Positions 36,600 to 47,219 of a DNA stretch of 64,000 bases are shown here, one piece after another (the stretch's first letter is position 1; each line of letters begins with the position of its first letter). The notes below the pieces were generated by a model. That model searched no databases. It saw only the letters and a list, made by a program, of their open reading frames with translations, and was not told the DNA's origin. Origin of the DNA: Bacteroidota bacterium (GTDB lineage Bacteria > Bacteroidota > Bacteroidia > J057 > JADKCL01); contig JADKCL010000026.1 in the NCBI GenBank assembly GCA_016718825.1, positions 7,819 to 71,818 on the forward strand, written 5' to 3'. Position numbers and translations under genes: made by a program.

Positions 36600-37628
36600 C
36601 TATTTTTGTGCTTCAAGTTCTTCAATTTTTTGCTGCAGGCGTTGAATTTCAGCCTGCTGCTCCTTGATCGCCTCTACGAGGACCGGCACCAAGGAGACAT
36701 AGTCAACGACTTTCACCGTTTGACGATCCACTGCATTCATATCAGCGATCGTACCTTTTGTTTCGGCTGCATCGCTGACAATGTATTTTTCGGCAACCGC
36801 TTCCGGAACGATACGCTCGACCTCCTGGGCCACAAACCCAGTGTAGGTGCGCGAATCGTTGCCAGTGAATTTGCCAAACGACTCTGTATCATACTGATAG
36901 CTCACGCCGCGCAGTTGCAACACTTTGTCAAGCGCGCCGGTCAAGGTGGTTACGTTCTTCTTTGCTCGCGTATCGGAAAGGTTGTAAAGGCCGTTAACAT
37001 AACCGATACCTCCGGCAAAATAGCCTGCATAGCCCAACCAAGAACCATTCGTAGGGATGCTACCTCTGATCCCGATCGCATCGCTGCTGTTGGAGGTTCC
37101 CCAGACTGCCCATCCGCTGCCGGTGGCCGGGAGGTGAACCGCATAACTTGCCAAACCAGCTTCGTTTTCCGTCACTGCGCCAAGCCCATTCACGGTTCCA
37201 GCAGCGTAGCCAACCAAAGCACCGCCTTGTTCATTCCCATTTTGGAAATAGGCGATGTACTCTCCTGAACGTGCAGCAGTTACGTGCATATGGAACATCG
37301 GCGAGGTCGTGCCAATACCCAGATAGCCGTTGTTTTGAATGGTCAGACGCGTATTACTTGTAATCGAGGAGGTTCCAAGTTTAAACTTGTCAGCATCGCT
37401 GTCATCGATTCCCATCGATACCACGGGCATTCCATTGATGCCGAATTGCAAGATCGGATCGCCATTGGAGCCGGCATTGTCAATCAATAACCCGTCAGAA
37501 GTCGCTTCCGAAACGATATGTAGTTTCGTGAGCGGCTGCGAGGTCCCGATACCCACATTTTGGGATTTTGCACCCAGAAAAGGGAGCATCAGAGCAATTG
37601 CACCAATGATTGAACCAATTCGCTTCAT
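36600..37628 (-). CDS. Tail-fibre-like protein with C-terminal Peptidase_S74 intramolecular-chaperone domain and a Sec signal peptide
   Basis: Signal peptide 'MKRIGSIIGAIALMLPFLGAKSQ'. 'NVGIGTSQPLTKLHIV' and 'YLGIGTTSPMFHMHV' repeats. S74 motif 'SDTRAKK' (nt 36957-36977) followed by 'LDKVLQLRGVSYQY'. Terminal coiled coil 'EQQAEIQRLQQKIEELEAQK'. Confidence 0.8.
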   Translation of the reverse strand: MKRIGSIIGAIALMLPFLGAKSQNVGIGTSQPLTKLHIVSEATSDGLLIDNAGSNGDPILQFGINGMPVVSMGIDDSDADKFKLGTSSITSNTRLTIQNNGYLGIGTTSPMFHMHVTAARSGEYIAYFQNGNEQGGALVGYAAGTVNGLGAVTENEAGLASYAVHLPATGSGWAVWGTSNSSDAIGIRGSIPTNGSWLGYAGYFAGGIGYVNGLYNLSDTRAKKNVTTLTGALDKVLQLRGVSYQYDTESFGKFTGNDSRTYTGFVAQEVERIVPEAVAEKYIVSDAAETKGTIADMNAVDRQTVKVVDYVSLVPVLVEAIKEQQAEIQRLQQKIEELEAQK

Positions 37629-37819
37629 TCAGCTTACCGACTGCAATAAATGCTTCAAAACAAACGACTGTTAGGAACCGTCCAATGCCAGTTCATCACA
37701 AATCGGGAATAATTTCGGAACAATTTTTTAGCAATGCAAATAAAACGCATCCAAAACGGTCGTTCGGGATGCATTAAATTGTACACAGTGAAGTGTTGGG
37801 AATCAGTTCAATGAAATTC

Positions 37820-39145
37820 TCAGGGCCGAGGGCTTCCCTGATGCTCGACGAGCCAGTCTTCAGCAGCCGCCACAATGAGGTTCACTTCCGACTCTGTGAT
37901 GCAGTTGCTGATGAACAAAGCCTCAAACTGGCTAGGAGCAAGGTAGATTCCTCGGTGGAGCATTCCCTTGAAAAACTTGGCAAAAAGGGCTGTATCAGCG
38001 GTTTTTGCTTCGTCATAGGAACGCACCGGCCCAGAATGGAAGAAGAAAGTGATCATCGAGCCGATGCGGTTGATGGTCATCGGTATTCCAGCCTTCTCAA
38101 AGAGTGCTTTCATTTTCTGATCCAGCAGCGCTGTCACACTGTCCAACCGTTTGTACAGTTCGGCATCAGCCTTGAGCAATTCGAGCATGGCCTTTCCAGC
38201 CGCCATCGCAACCGGGTTTCCGCTTAATGTTCCCGCTTGATAGATCGGACCTTGTGGTGAAATGTAATCCATGATTTCAGCACGCCCTCCGTAAGCGCCG
38301 ACAGGCAAGCCGCCACCAATGATTTTGCCCAACGTAGTGATGTCAGGCTTGACGCCGAGCAATTCCTGAGCGCCCCCCAATGAAAGCCGGAACCCGGTCA
38401 TCACCTCGTCAAAAATCAACAAGATACCGTTCTGATCACATATTGAGCGCAGACCTTCCAAGAAGCCGGGCTCGGGCAAAACCGTTCCCATATTGCCTAC
38501 GACAGGCTCCACAATGATCGCCGCAATTTGTGCGGGATTTGCTGCTACGAGTTGCCGCACATCCTCAAGATTGTTGTATCCCGCAGTCAGCGTGTCCGCT
38601 GCAACGCCTTTGGTAACTCCCTGACTGTCAGGGACACCATGTGTCATCAACCCGCTGCCTGCAGCGATCAGAAAGCTGTCTCCGTGGCCATGGTAACATC
38701 CGGAAAATTTGATGATTTTCTCGCGTTTGGTATAGCCGCGTGCCAGGCGAATGGCGCTCATCGTGGCTTCGGTACCACTGTTGACCATTCGCACCTTTTC
38801 AATCGAAGGGATCAAGGAGCATACGAGTTTCGCCATTTCTACCTCCATGCGCGTGGGCGCACCAAAAGAAGAAGAATGACGAAGCGCCTCTTCGGCAGCA
38901 GCCAAAATTACGGGGTGCGCATGACCCAAAATCAAGGGCCCCCAAGAATTTATCAGGTCAAGGTAGCGATTGCCATCCTCGTCCCACATCCATTGACCTT
39001 GAGCACGTTGAATGAAGATCGGATCGCCGCCAACGCTTCTGAATGCGCGCGCAGGACTATTGACCCCCCCGGGGATTACCTTCACTGCCTCCTTGAAAAG
39101 CGCTTGGCTCTTTTTGATTTCGGTTGACCTTATCAAGTCTGCCAT
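37820..39145 (-). CDS. hemL: Glutamate-1-semialdehyde 2,1-aminomutase
   Basis: '[12 protein letters not shown]', 'WGPLILGHAHP', 'FDEVMTGFR' and 'TLGKIIGGGLPVGAYGG' are classic HemL motifs. The start was chosen at '[17 protein letters not shown]' (39145). Confidence 0.9.
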   Translation of the reverse strand: MADLIRSTEIKKSQALFKEAVKVIPGGVNSPARAFRSVGGDPIFIQRAQGQWMWDEDGNRYLDLINSWGPLILGHAHPVILAAAEEALRHSSSFGAPTRMEVEMAKLVCSLIPSIEKVRMVNSGTEATMSAIRLARGYTKREKIIKFSGCYHGHGDSFLIAAGSGLMTHGVPDSQGVTKGVAADTLTAGYNNLEDVRQLVAANPAQIAAIIVEPVVGNMGTVLPEPGFLEGLRSICDQNGILLIFDEVMTGFRLSLGGAQELLGVKPDITTLGKIIGGGLPVGAYGGRAEIMDYISPQGPIYQAGTLSGNPVAMAAGKAMLELLKADAELYKRLDSVTALLDQKMKALFEKAGIPMTINRIGSMITFFFHSGPVRSYDEAKTADTALFAKFFKGMLHRGIYLAPSQFEALFISNCITESEVNLIVAAAEDWLVEHQGSPRP

Positions 39146-40874
39146 TGTTGTACTGAAGTATGTTGATTTTTTGATTATCCTGCTCATTTCCAAAATAGAA
39201 ATCCTGATGGATTCCATGGTAGGGGGCAGCCTTGTGAATCAAATCCGTAAGCGAATTTTTCCCGTCAATGCCTTTGCTCACCGTCAAAAGCCAAGCCATC
39301 AAGTCAAATCCTTGAATTGTGGAACTCGAAGGACGGTAGGCATTTTCCTTCAGACAGCGCGCATAGAGGTTGTCAAATCCTGTACTGTCGTTGCCTTCGA
39401 AGTAAAAGGAGGAATACTTGAGTTTGTAAGCGGACTTCAATTCTTGGTCAATCACCGTGAAAACCTCCCAATCAGGTCCGCCGGCGACCTCGGTTTTGAT
39501 GCTCTCATAGTTGAGTTTTGCGATCAGAAGTCCTGCACTTTCCTCATTGGAAAAGGGCGCATAAACGGCATCGTAGCCCATTCCTTTCATCGCCCTGACT
39601 TCCGAACTCAGCTTCGGCTGCAATTCAGAATATTTCGAAGGAACGATTTTTTCCACGACCGTCACGCCGGGATCATTGGCCAAGGCTTGTTTGAAGCCGG
39701 ATGCGAAGCGCTCGGCGTAGTAGCTGCGGTCATTGAAAACGAGGAACTTTTTCTTGCCCTCGACGTCGACCATGTAACGCGCGATTTGACCACCATGGCT
39801 TTTCAGGGAGGGGTGGACCAAAAATGTATATTTTTTGTTGGCAATCAACTCATTGAGTGGATTGCGGGGGATCAGGTGAACCACTTTGTTTTTTTCAGCC
39901 CAATCGCTGATTGCGGTCGCCAAACCCGTGCGGATATCTCCAATAATGACGTCAGGCTGGAATCTCTGCAAACTATCGAGCAATGATCCGATGAGCAGCG
40001 TATCCCCGCGGGTGTCGTAAATACTTACGTTAATCTGCTTTTTCTGTGGGTCACCCAAAGAATCCAAGGCCAACATCATGCCTTCCAGCATTTCAAGGGC
40101 CTTTTCCGATTTGGAAGGTACCGACCGTGCTGTATCCGCAAGTTGAAGGTTGAAGGAAAGAAACACGGCAATATTCAACCTGTCGGCAAAAACAACCTTT
40201 CCGCTTGCGTATTTGGATTTCAAACCGCGGAGATTTTTGGTCATGTCTCCGCCTTTTGCTTCGTATTCCTTTAGTTTTTCAAGGATTTTGAAGCCATCGC
40301 CTTTGCGGTCCATTTGGATGCACATGGCTTCCATCAATGTGGATTGGTACTTTTTGTCCGCAAATTTGATGTACAATTCGAGGAAAGACACTGGATAAAC
40401 CTCCGTCAGGAAGTGGTTGAGGGATTGTTCGGCATCTGAACGCAGACGCTTGTCGTCGGCATTTTCAATCAGCTTGATCATTTCATCAACGCCACGTTCG
40501 CGGTCGTTGACGTGTTCGCTTTCCAACAACACGATTCCCCGATGGTAGTGCGCATTGTCTGCATATGCTGAATTGGGGAATTTGGAGAGAAAGCGTGTCA
40601 AGGCATTGTCTGCTTTGAGTTTCTCGCCTGCCTTGTAGTAGGAAATGCCAGCCATGTACCAACAAAAGCTGCTCATATCATTGCTAGGCCGTTGCGTTGC
40701 CAAATCAAAGGTCATCGCAGCGTCCAAGTAACTCTTGGTACTGTAGTATTTTTTGGCCAACGAAACCAGTTCTTGCGTCCGTTCGTCGGTGCCGGATTGC
40801 CCAAATGCCTGACCACACCAAAGCATTGGCAACAGGATCAGCAGCAATATGTTTCTCATCAAGGTCATTCCCAT
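39057..40874 (-). CDS. Secreted TPR + periplasmic-binding-protein type-I (LivK/LpoA-like) domain protein
   Basis: Signal peptide '[21 protein letters not shown]'. N-terminal TPR-like helices. The C-terminal half has 'IAVFLSFNL...[26 protein letters not shown]...[19 protein letters not shown]', typical of type-I PBPs. Confidence 0.7.
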   Translation of the reverse strand: MGMTLMRNILLLILLPMLWCGQAFGQSGTDERTQELVSLAKKYYSTKSYLDAAMTFDLATQRPSNDMSSFCWYMAGISYYKAGEKLKADNALTRFLSKFPNSAYADNAHYHRGIVLLESEHVNDRERGVDEMIKLIENADDKRLRSDAEQSLNHFLTEVYPVSFLELYIKFADKKYQSTLMEAMCIQMDRKGDGFKILEKLKEYEAKGGDMTKNLRGLKSKYASGKVVFADRLNIAVFLSFNLQLADTARSVPSKSEKALEMLEGMMLALDSLGDPQKKQINVSIYDTRGDTLLIGSLLDSLQRFQPDVIIGDIRTGLATAISDWAEKNKVVHLIPRNPLNELIANKKYTFLVHPSLKSHGGQIARYMVDVEGKKKFLVFNDRSYYAERFASGFKQALANDPGVTVVEKIVPSKYSELQPKLSSEVRAMKGMGYDAVYAPFSNEESAGLLIAKLNYESIKTEVAGGPDWEVFTVIDQELKSAYKLKYSSFYFEGNDSTGFDNLYARCLKENAYRPSSSTIQGFDLMAWLLTVSKGIDGKNSLTDLIHKAAPYHGIHQDFYFGNEQDNQKINILQYNNGRLDKVNRNQKEPSAFQGGSEGNPRGGQ

Positions 40875-42391
40875 TCAATCGTTGCAGGTGGTTTCGAACT
40901 GATATCATAGACTACGCGGTTCACGCCCTTCACGTTGTTAATGATCAGGTTGCTCACCTTAGCCAGGAATTCATACGGAAGTCGGCCCCAATCGGCTGTC
41001 ATCCCATCCACACTTGTGACAGTGCGCAACGCAACGACGTTTTCATAAGTGCGCTCGTCGCCCATCACGCCCACCGAACTTACAGGCAACAGCACGGCAA
41101 ATGCCTGCCACGTGGTATCGTAGAGTCCATCTTTGCGCAATTCGCTGATGAAAATATGATCCACTTCCTGCAAAACCCTGATTTTTTCGTCGGTGATGTC
41201 ACTGATAATGCGGATCGCCAATCCCGGACCCGGAAACGGGTGCCGGCCAATGAATTCCTTTGCCAAGCCCAAGTCGATACCAACCTTGCGTACCTCATCC
41301 TTGAACAAAAAGCGCAGGGGTTCGACAACCTGCAAATGCAAGGATTCAGGTAGGCCACCTACGTTATGGTGGGATTTGATGGTCGCAGACGGTCCCTTCA
41401 CGGAAACGCTTTCGATCACATCTGGATAAATGGTGCCTTGTGCCAAGAATTCTACGCCGGGGATTTTTTTCGCTTCCTCCTGAAACACCTCTACAAAAAT
41501 CCTGCCGATGATTTTGCGTTTCGTTTCGGGATCACTCACACCTGCAAGGGCATCCAAAAATCTGCGCCGTGCATCCACCGCGATCACATTCAGTCCCAAT
41601 TGCTTGTACTGTGTCTGTACGTCTTCGAATTCGTTTTTTCGCAGCAGCCCATTGTCCACAAAAATGCAGTAAAGGTCACTGCCGATGGCCCGGTCAATCA
41701 ATGTTGCGGCCACGGTACTGTCTACGCCACCGCTCAGACCGCAGACGACCTTGTGCCCAGCAAGTAGTGCCTTTAATTCGGCAACGGTATTGGTCACAAA
41801 ATGTGACGGCGTCCAGTCGCCTTTCAGCCCACATATATTATATAGGTAATTCCGAAGGATGGTCGCGCCTTCTGTCGAATGGGTGACCTCCGGGTGGAAT
41901 TGAATGGCGTAGGCTTTTTGGGCTACATTTTGAAATGCCGCATTCTGGACGGAGTCCGTACTTGCGATCAATTCGTAGCCATCGGGCAACTTGGTAATGG
42001 TGTCGCCATGGCTCATCCAAACCTGCGAACCCTCGCTTACGCCTTCGAGCAGGGGAGAAGCTGCGCACGCGCTCAGGTGCGCACGGCCGTACTCACGTGT
42101 GCCTGCGCTCTCGACCTTTCCATTGTAATCATGGGAGATCAACTGCGCACCGTAGCAAACACCCAATACCGGAACTTTTCCCAAAATCGAGGGCAAATCG
42201 ATCGAGGGCGCATCCTCCGCATAGACCGATGAAGGACTACCCGACAAAATGATCCCCTTCAAATCAGCACTCAAGGTGATGGAATTGTGGAATGGCTGTA
42301 TTTCGCAGTAAACGTTTTGTTCACGTACACGCCTGGCAATCAGTTGTGTATATTGTGAACCGAAGTCAATGATCAGAACCTTCTCAATCAT
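40865..42391 (-). CDS. guaA: GMP synthase (glutamine-hydrolysing)
   Basis: '[19 protein letters not shown]', 'GVCYGAQL', the PP-loop 'SGGVDSTV' and the C-terminal 'PPATIEWE'. Confidence 0.95.
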   Translation of the reverse strand: MIEKVLIIDFGSQYTQLIARRVREQNVYCEIQPFHNSITLSADLKGIILSGSPSSVYAEDAPSIDLPSILGKVPVLGVCYGAQLISHDYNGKVESAGTREYGRAHLSACAASPLLEGVSEGSQVWMSHGDTITKLPDGYELIASTDSVQNAAFQNVAQKAYAIQFHPEVTHSTEGATILRNYLYNICGLKGDWTPSHFVTNTVAELKALLAGHKVVCGLSGGVDSTVAATLIDRAIGSDLYCIFVDNGLLRKNEFEDVQTQYKQLGLNVIAVDARRRFLDALAGVSDPETKRKIIGRIFVEVFQEEAKKIPGVEFLAQGTIYPDVIESVSVKGPSATIKSHHNVGGLPESLHLQVVEPLRFLFKDEVRKVGIDLGLAKEFIGRHPFPGPGLAIRIISDITDEKIRVLQEVDHIFISELRKDGLYDTTWQAFAVLLPVSSVGVMGDERTYENVVALRTVTSVDGMTADWGRLPYEFLAKVSNLIINNVKGVNRVVYDISSKPPATIEWE

Positions 42392-42677
42392 GGCGCAAAA
42401 GTAGTGATTATTGGCAAATTTTAGAGGAGAAATGAGAAACAATCGCGTCGGCAAATGACAAAGGAAGTTCACCGAAACGAAGTCAGGATTGAAGGGAAGG
42501 AGGGAATCGGAGGCAGTTGGTCGTCCTTTGGAAACAAAATTCGGCGATTGCAGAGGCCAATTGTATTTGCCAAGGCAGTTTCTTCCTCGATTTTCTTAGT
42601 TTTTTCCATTTTCGATTTTCAATTCTGAATTTTATTCTGATATTTGCACTCCCATTGAGGAAAATAGAATTTGAATT

Positions 42678-42914
42678 ATGGCCAGAGTTTGTGATCTCAC
42701 AGGAAAAAGGACGATTTACGGCAACCACGTGTCGCATGCCAACAACAAGGTGCGCAGGACATTTGCCCCAAATCTCCAAGTAAAGCGGTTCTATGTGCCT
42801 GAGGAAGACCGTTGGGTTACCCTCAAGCTTTCAGCCCAAGCTTTAAAAACTGTCGACAAAAAGGGCATCTATGCGGTGCTCCAAGACATGAAAAAAGACG
42901 GAAAGGTGTTTTGA
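42678..42914 (+). CDS. rpmB: 50S ribosomal protein L28
   Basis: 'MARVCDLTGKRTIYGNHVSHANNKVRRTFAPNLQ'. 78 aa. Confidence 0.95.
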   Translation: MARVCDLTGKRTIYGNHVSHANNKVRRTFAPNLQVKRFYVPEEDRWVTLKLSAQALKTVDKKGIYAVLQDMKKDGKVF

Positions 42915-44476
42915 AAACACCACGCTTCCTGATATTGGTAGCGTTTCTTTTTTCGATATCCTATCAAGGCCGATCCCAAATTGATCTTTCAGATCCTTTG
43001 GGTTCGGCCTTTAGACTTTCAGCCCAACAGGTACTTCGATCCAAACTGCCGCCAAAATCATGTGCAGTGGTGTTCTCAGGCGGTTTCGAAGCGTTTGACG
43101 TTTCCAGACAATTTCCGAGACCTTTTTATTGCGATCCTGATTTTCAGTACCTGACTGGTCTCCGGATTCCAGACGCCGTCGCCGTCGTCTTCTCGGAGCC
43201 ACGGAGTTTGGCTGAGGGTACCGTTTCCACACTTTTGTTTCTTCCCGACAAATCCGATTATGGCTTGGTTTCCATGGGATTTGAATACCGTGGAAAATTT
43301 GGATTGACTGCAGAAGGCGTTGCAACGAGACCCACAGCGCAATGGAAGAAATTTTGCAGTGAAGTTTTGGCAACCGATGGCACCGAACGCGTGTTTTCGA
43401 AGCCGATCAGGGATTCCGATTTCAAGAAGCCGGGCGAGCGTGATTACAATTATCTCGGAGAGAAACTCTTCGCGTCATTGGCGCCGGGTTTTGCCTTCAA
43501 CCCACAATCCCAACGATTTTACAAAGAGATTTTAGCCACCGACTCCGCGAAGATGGCCGGATTGTCTGCGCGGATTGGAGCGATGATGGAATATGAGATG
43601 ATGGAGGATAAGGATCCATTGCTCATGCGTTTCATGAACGTGCAAACTGCTGACGACCTCAGAAATTTGCAAGCCTTGATCCGCAGGGTGAAAATCGACC
43701 TTACCTCTGCTTCTTCATGGATGATGGAACAGCGAAGGCTGAAGGCATCCAAGGAAGTGGCGGCAATCAAAAGCCGTTGTTGGTTGATCGTGAAGGGATG
43801 AAAGCTGCGGCAACCCGTGCCAAAGCAGGAGGAGCGGCGTATCCAAGCATTGGCCGAATTTCTGCTTCAACGAGGTGGGGGGCGCCTTTCCATTCCGGCT
43901 GTCGTGGCATCCGGAAAATTTACTGCGCGTCCCAATTACACGGCCAATCTCGCCAAGCTGCCTCAAACAGGCCTCGTCGTTATTGATTTGGGCCTCGCAG
44001 TCGATGGCTACAACGCCCGCGCGACCCGCACTTTACCGATTGGCGGCGAATTTCTCCCTGAATTGCGCCCACTTTATGAAGGTCTCCTGACGATTCACCG
44101 TAAAACGATCAGTGCCTGCATCTCAGGCGCCGCAGGAAGTAAACTGCAATCGGAAGCAGCAGCTGCATTCGACGCATTGGACAAGCGATTGATATTTAGC
44201 GTCAATGCTTTAGGTGCTAAGAAGGTGTTGAAAGTCACCCATCTCGCATCCATCGGATTGGAGCTCGAGGAAGGAGATTCGCCAACCAACTTCACTGCTG
44301 ATAATGTCTTGGTCGTGGAAACTGCCATCTAGAAATGGCGCGGCACTGGAATTGTATTCCGCGACATGGTTCACATCACTGAAGGAGGAAATGAGGTTTT
44401 GACACAAGGATTGCCTTTGGAAGCATCTGCTGTGGAAGGCTTGGTCAAATCAACTTTCAGTCTCCCGGAAGATTAA
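42911..44476 (+). pseudogene. Decayed M24-family Xaa-Pro aminopeptidase homologue (one frame, two in-frame stops, degenerate metal ligands)
   Basis: ORFs 42812-43801 and 43817-44332 and the tail 44333-44476 are all in the same frame. They are separated by TGA 43799-43801 and TAG 44330-44332. M24 motifs present: 'IPAVVASGKFTARPNY', 'VVIDLGLAVDGYNARATRT', 'VLVVETAI*KWRGTGIVFRDMVHITEGGNEVLT'. Confidence 0.7.
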
Positions 44477-44556
44477 AACGGTAGAATTTTCGTTTTGATC
44501 GAGTCTGGCTGAAAATTGAACCTCAGCCGACAAAATTTAATTAATTTGCACCCCGT

Positions 44557-45816
44557 ATGAGAGATTTGACACAGAAACTGCTTGGTTTGTTGTTTTTGCC
44601 AGCATTGATCGGCTATAGTTTTTCCTTTGGACAGGTTACGAGCCGCGCTCCTCTTGGGGTATCTTCATTAAAAACCGATGGCATCACGTCTGAAGTTCCT
44701 TGTGCGGGTTCTGTGCTGTTGTACGAGGATTTTGAGAACGGAATCCCTTCGGGATGGGTGGTCATTGACGGGGATACGCTGACCCCGCGGTCGGTGATGC
44801 AGCTTCAAAAAGGTTGGCAAAGCCGTGTAGATTACCGGGATACATCCAATTTGGTGGTGGTAAGTCCATCTTGGTATGAGCAACAAGGTGCAAGCGACGA
44901 TTGGTTGATTTCGCCTGCGGTGACGCTGGGCAACAATCCTTGCCTGAGCTGGATGGCCTATTCACAAGACATTTATTTCGAAGAATCCTATGAGGTAAGG
45001 GTTGCACTCACGCCCGATACGGCTGCTTTCTTGGCAAATCCGATCGTGGATTCGGAGCTTGAAACAAGTGGCACGCCTCACCAATCGGCTGCCTCCTTGA
45101 GCAATTGGGCTGGGCAGACGGTCTACATCGCTTTCCGGCAAACCTCTGATGACAAATTCGTTTTGGCACTGGATGATGTGAAAATCACAAATGTCAATGC
45201 CATTGATATCGGTGTCTATGCCGTCACATACGGCGCACCTGATCCGGGTGATACCGTTACCTTGCGTTTCCAGGTTGCCAACTACGGATCGGATACGGTC
45301 ACCAATTTCCAAGCACTTTACAGTTTGGAAGGTGCACCTGCAAAATTCATGACGATTGGGTCGGTGAGCATTCCGCCCAATGGGACCGTCTCTTTTGACC
45401 ATGACTCGGTTTTCGTAAGCGATTCTTTGGATCTGTTTTATGACTTCTGCGCTTGGACCACCTTGCCCAATTCCGTAGTGGATCAAGAGTTTCAAAACGA
45501 TACGCTTTGCGATGCCATTGCAGTGGGTTCTCCGGTTGGGAATCAGGAGCCTATTGCCCATGCGCTCGACGTATTGGTCTATCCGAATCCATTTCAAGGT
45601 CAATTTTCAATCTTGAGCAGCAGTATTTCTGTACCCTTGAAGGCTGAGATCACCGTGATGGATCTTCAAGGACGCGTGATGATGCAGGAGAATGCCGTTT
45701 TGGTTCCGAATCTGCCGTATCGGATTGCTGCGGAAGGCTTTGCCGAAGGCATGTATCTTGTGCGGATCAGTGCAAATGGCAGATCTTCAAGCATTCACAA
45801 GCTGATCAAACAGTGA
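44557..45816 (+). CDS. T9SS-secreted protein with a choice-of-anchor-J/MAM-like N-terminal domain
   Basis: Signal peptide. 'GWVVIDGDTLTP...SDDWLISPAVTLGNNPCLSWMAYS...VYIAFRQTSDDKFVLALDDVKI'. C-terminal sorting domain 'VLVYPNPFQGQFSI...GMYLVRISANGRSSSIHKLIKQ'. Confidence 0.75.
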   Translation: MRDLTQKLLGLLFLPALIGYSFSFGQVTSRAPLGVSSLKTDGITSEVPCAGSVLLYEDFENGIPSGWVVIDGDTLTPRSVMQLQKGWQSRVDYRDTSNLVVVSPSWYEQQGASDDWLISPAVTLGNNPCLSWMAYSQDIYFEESYEVRVALTPDTAAFLANPIVDSELETSGTPHQSAASLSNWAGQTVYIAFRQTSDDKFVLALDDVKITNVNAIDIGVYAVTYGAPDPGDTVTLRFQVANYGSDTVTNFQALYSLEGAPAKFMTIGSVSIPPNGTVSFDHDSVFVSDSLDLFYDFCAWTTLPNSVVDQEFQNDTLCDAIAVGSPVGNQEPIAHALDVLVYPNPFQGQFSILSSSISVPLKAEITVMDLQGRVMMQENAVLVPNLPYRIAAEGFAEGMYLVRISANGRSSSIHKLIKQ

Positions 45817-45817
45817 C

Positions 45818-47094
45818 ATGGATCTTTTGGTGACCCCAATTTCAAGCCGCCGCTAGCCGAGCGGATGCGGCCTCAGGGGTTGTCAGACTATTTTGGGCAG
45901 CGACACATCCTCCACGAAACCAGTCCGTTGATGAGCGCCATCCGCAACAAGCGGGTGCCATCGATGATTTTCTGGGGCCCTCCGGGCGTGGGGAAAACCA
46001 CCTTGGCGCGCATCATTGCCGGCAGCATGGGCAAGCCCTTCAAGCAGCTCAGCGCCATTGCGGCGGGCGTCAAGGAGGTGAGGGAAGTCCTGGAATATGC
46101 CAAAAGCAGACCCGGAACGGTCCTTTTTATAGATGAAATTCACCGCTTCAACAAATCCCAACAAGATTCGTTGCTCGGCGCGGTTGAGCGCGGACTGATC
46201 ACGTTGATCGGTGCAACGACAGAAAACCCAAGCTTCGAAGTCAATTCTGCGCTGCTGTCACGATGCCAAATCTACCGGCTCGAACCGCTGACAATGGAAG
46301 ATACGCGGAGCCTGCTCACCCATGCCATCACCGCCGATGTGGTTTTGCAAACGCGGCAGGTGGAGTTACGGGAGTTGGATGCGCTGTTTAAATTGTCGGG
46401 AGGCGACGCACGAAAGTCCTTGAATCTGCTTGAGATGTTTGTCGATGTGACCGAGGATCCCGTGGTATTGGAGGACGAAGCGATGATGGCCGTTGCGCAG
46501 GAGCGGGTGGCACAGTATGACAAGGATGGCGAGCAGCACTACGATATCATCTCTGCTTTCATCAAATCCATTCGAGGAAGTGATGCGAATGCGGCGATTT
46601 ATTGGCTCGCGCGAATGTTGGCAGGGGGGGAGGACATCAAATTTATTGCCCGCAGGCTGGTGATTTCGGCGGCCGAAGACATTGGAAATGCCAATCCTAA
46701 CGCATTGCTGTTGGCGAATTCGGCATTTGATGCTGTGGCCAAGATCGGAATGCCGGAGGCAAGGATCATTCTCTCGCAAGCCACGATTTACTTGGCAACC
46801 TCGCCCAAAAGCAATGCTTCCTACATGGCCATCAACGCGGCAATGGAATTTGTGAAGTCACATCCCGACTATCCCGTGCCGTTGCACCTGCGCAATGCGG
46901 TCACGAGTTACATGAAAAGCGAAGGATACGGAGCAGGGTATAAATACAGCCACGATTTCAATGCCCAACAAGCAGCCCAGGAATTTTTACCCGATGGCAT
47001 GAGCGGATACGTGTTTTATGCGCCAAAGGAAATCGGCAAGGAAAAGGAAATCAAACAATTCCTGAAAGCGACCTGGGGAGAGAAATATAAGTGA
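45818..47094 (+). CDS. rarA: Replication-associated recombination protein A (AAA+), with an apparent 1-nt deletion in codon 4-5
   Basis: Walker A '[11 protein letters not shown]', '[11 protein letters not shown]' and '[11 protein letters not shown]'. The conserved '[10 protein letters not shown]' lies upstream of the first in-frame ATG (45865) and has no start codon. ATG 45818 (MDL..) is one frame over. Confidence 0.85.
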
Positions 47095-47126
47095 AAAGTG
47101 ATTAGTGAAAAGTGAAAAGTGAAAAG
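47089..47126 (+). repeat. (AAGTGAA)-type heptamer array, about 5 units
   Basis: aagtgaa aagtgat tagtgaa aagtgaa aagtgaa aag. The first unit contains the rarA stop codon TGA (47092-47094). Confidence 0.9.
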
Positions 47127-47219
47127 ATCCGAAACCTGGATTTGCCTACTTACACGCTTTTAGTTGCGCTGTCCACCTGCGGCAGTTCTCCATTAGCTTT
47201 GCTGAACCCTTCAGGTTTC

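Noticed and set aside
34964-37628. Prophage or tailocin suggested by the tail-fibre/S74 protein.
   Set aside because: There are no capsid, portal, terminase, tape-measure, baseplate, lysis or integrase genes on either side. The neighbours are hemL and a TPR protein. The protein has a Sec signal peptide, consistent with a cellular surface fibre.
39057-39145. An 89-nt overlap between the 3' end of the TPR/PBP gene and the hemL start, as a possible frameshift or misannotation.
   Set aside because: The G7 run inside the overlap (39064-39070) is read correctly for the invariant HemL motif [12 protein letters not shown], so there is no indel there. The overlap depends only on which hemL start is used (39145 vs a later non-ATG start). 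There is not enough evidence for anything unusual.
43799-43801. In-frame TGA in the M24 homologue as selenocysteine or programmed read-through.
   Set aside because: A second in-frame stop of a different type (TAG at 44330-44332) is present. Several catalytic ligands are replaced. The TGA aligns to a non-catalytic helix position. Simple decay is the more economical explanation.
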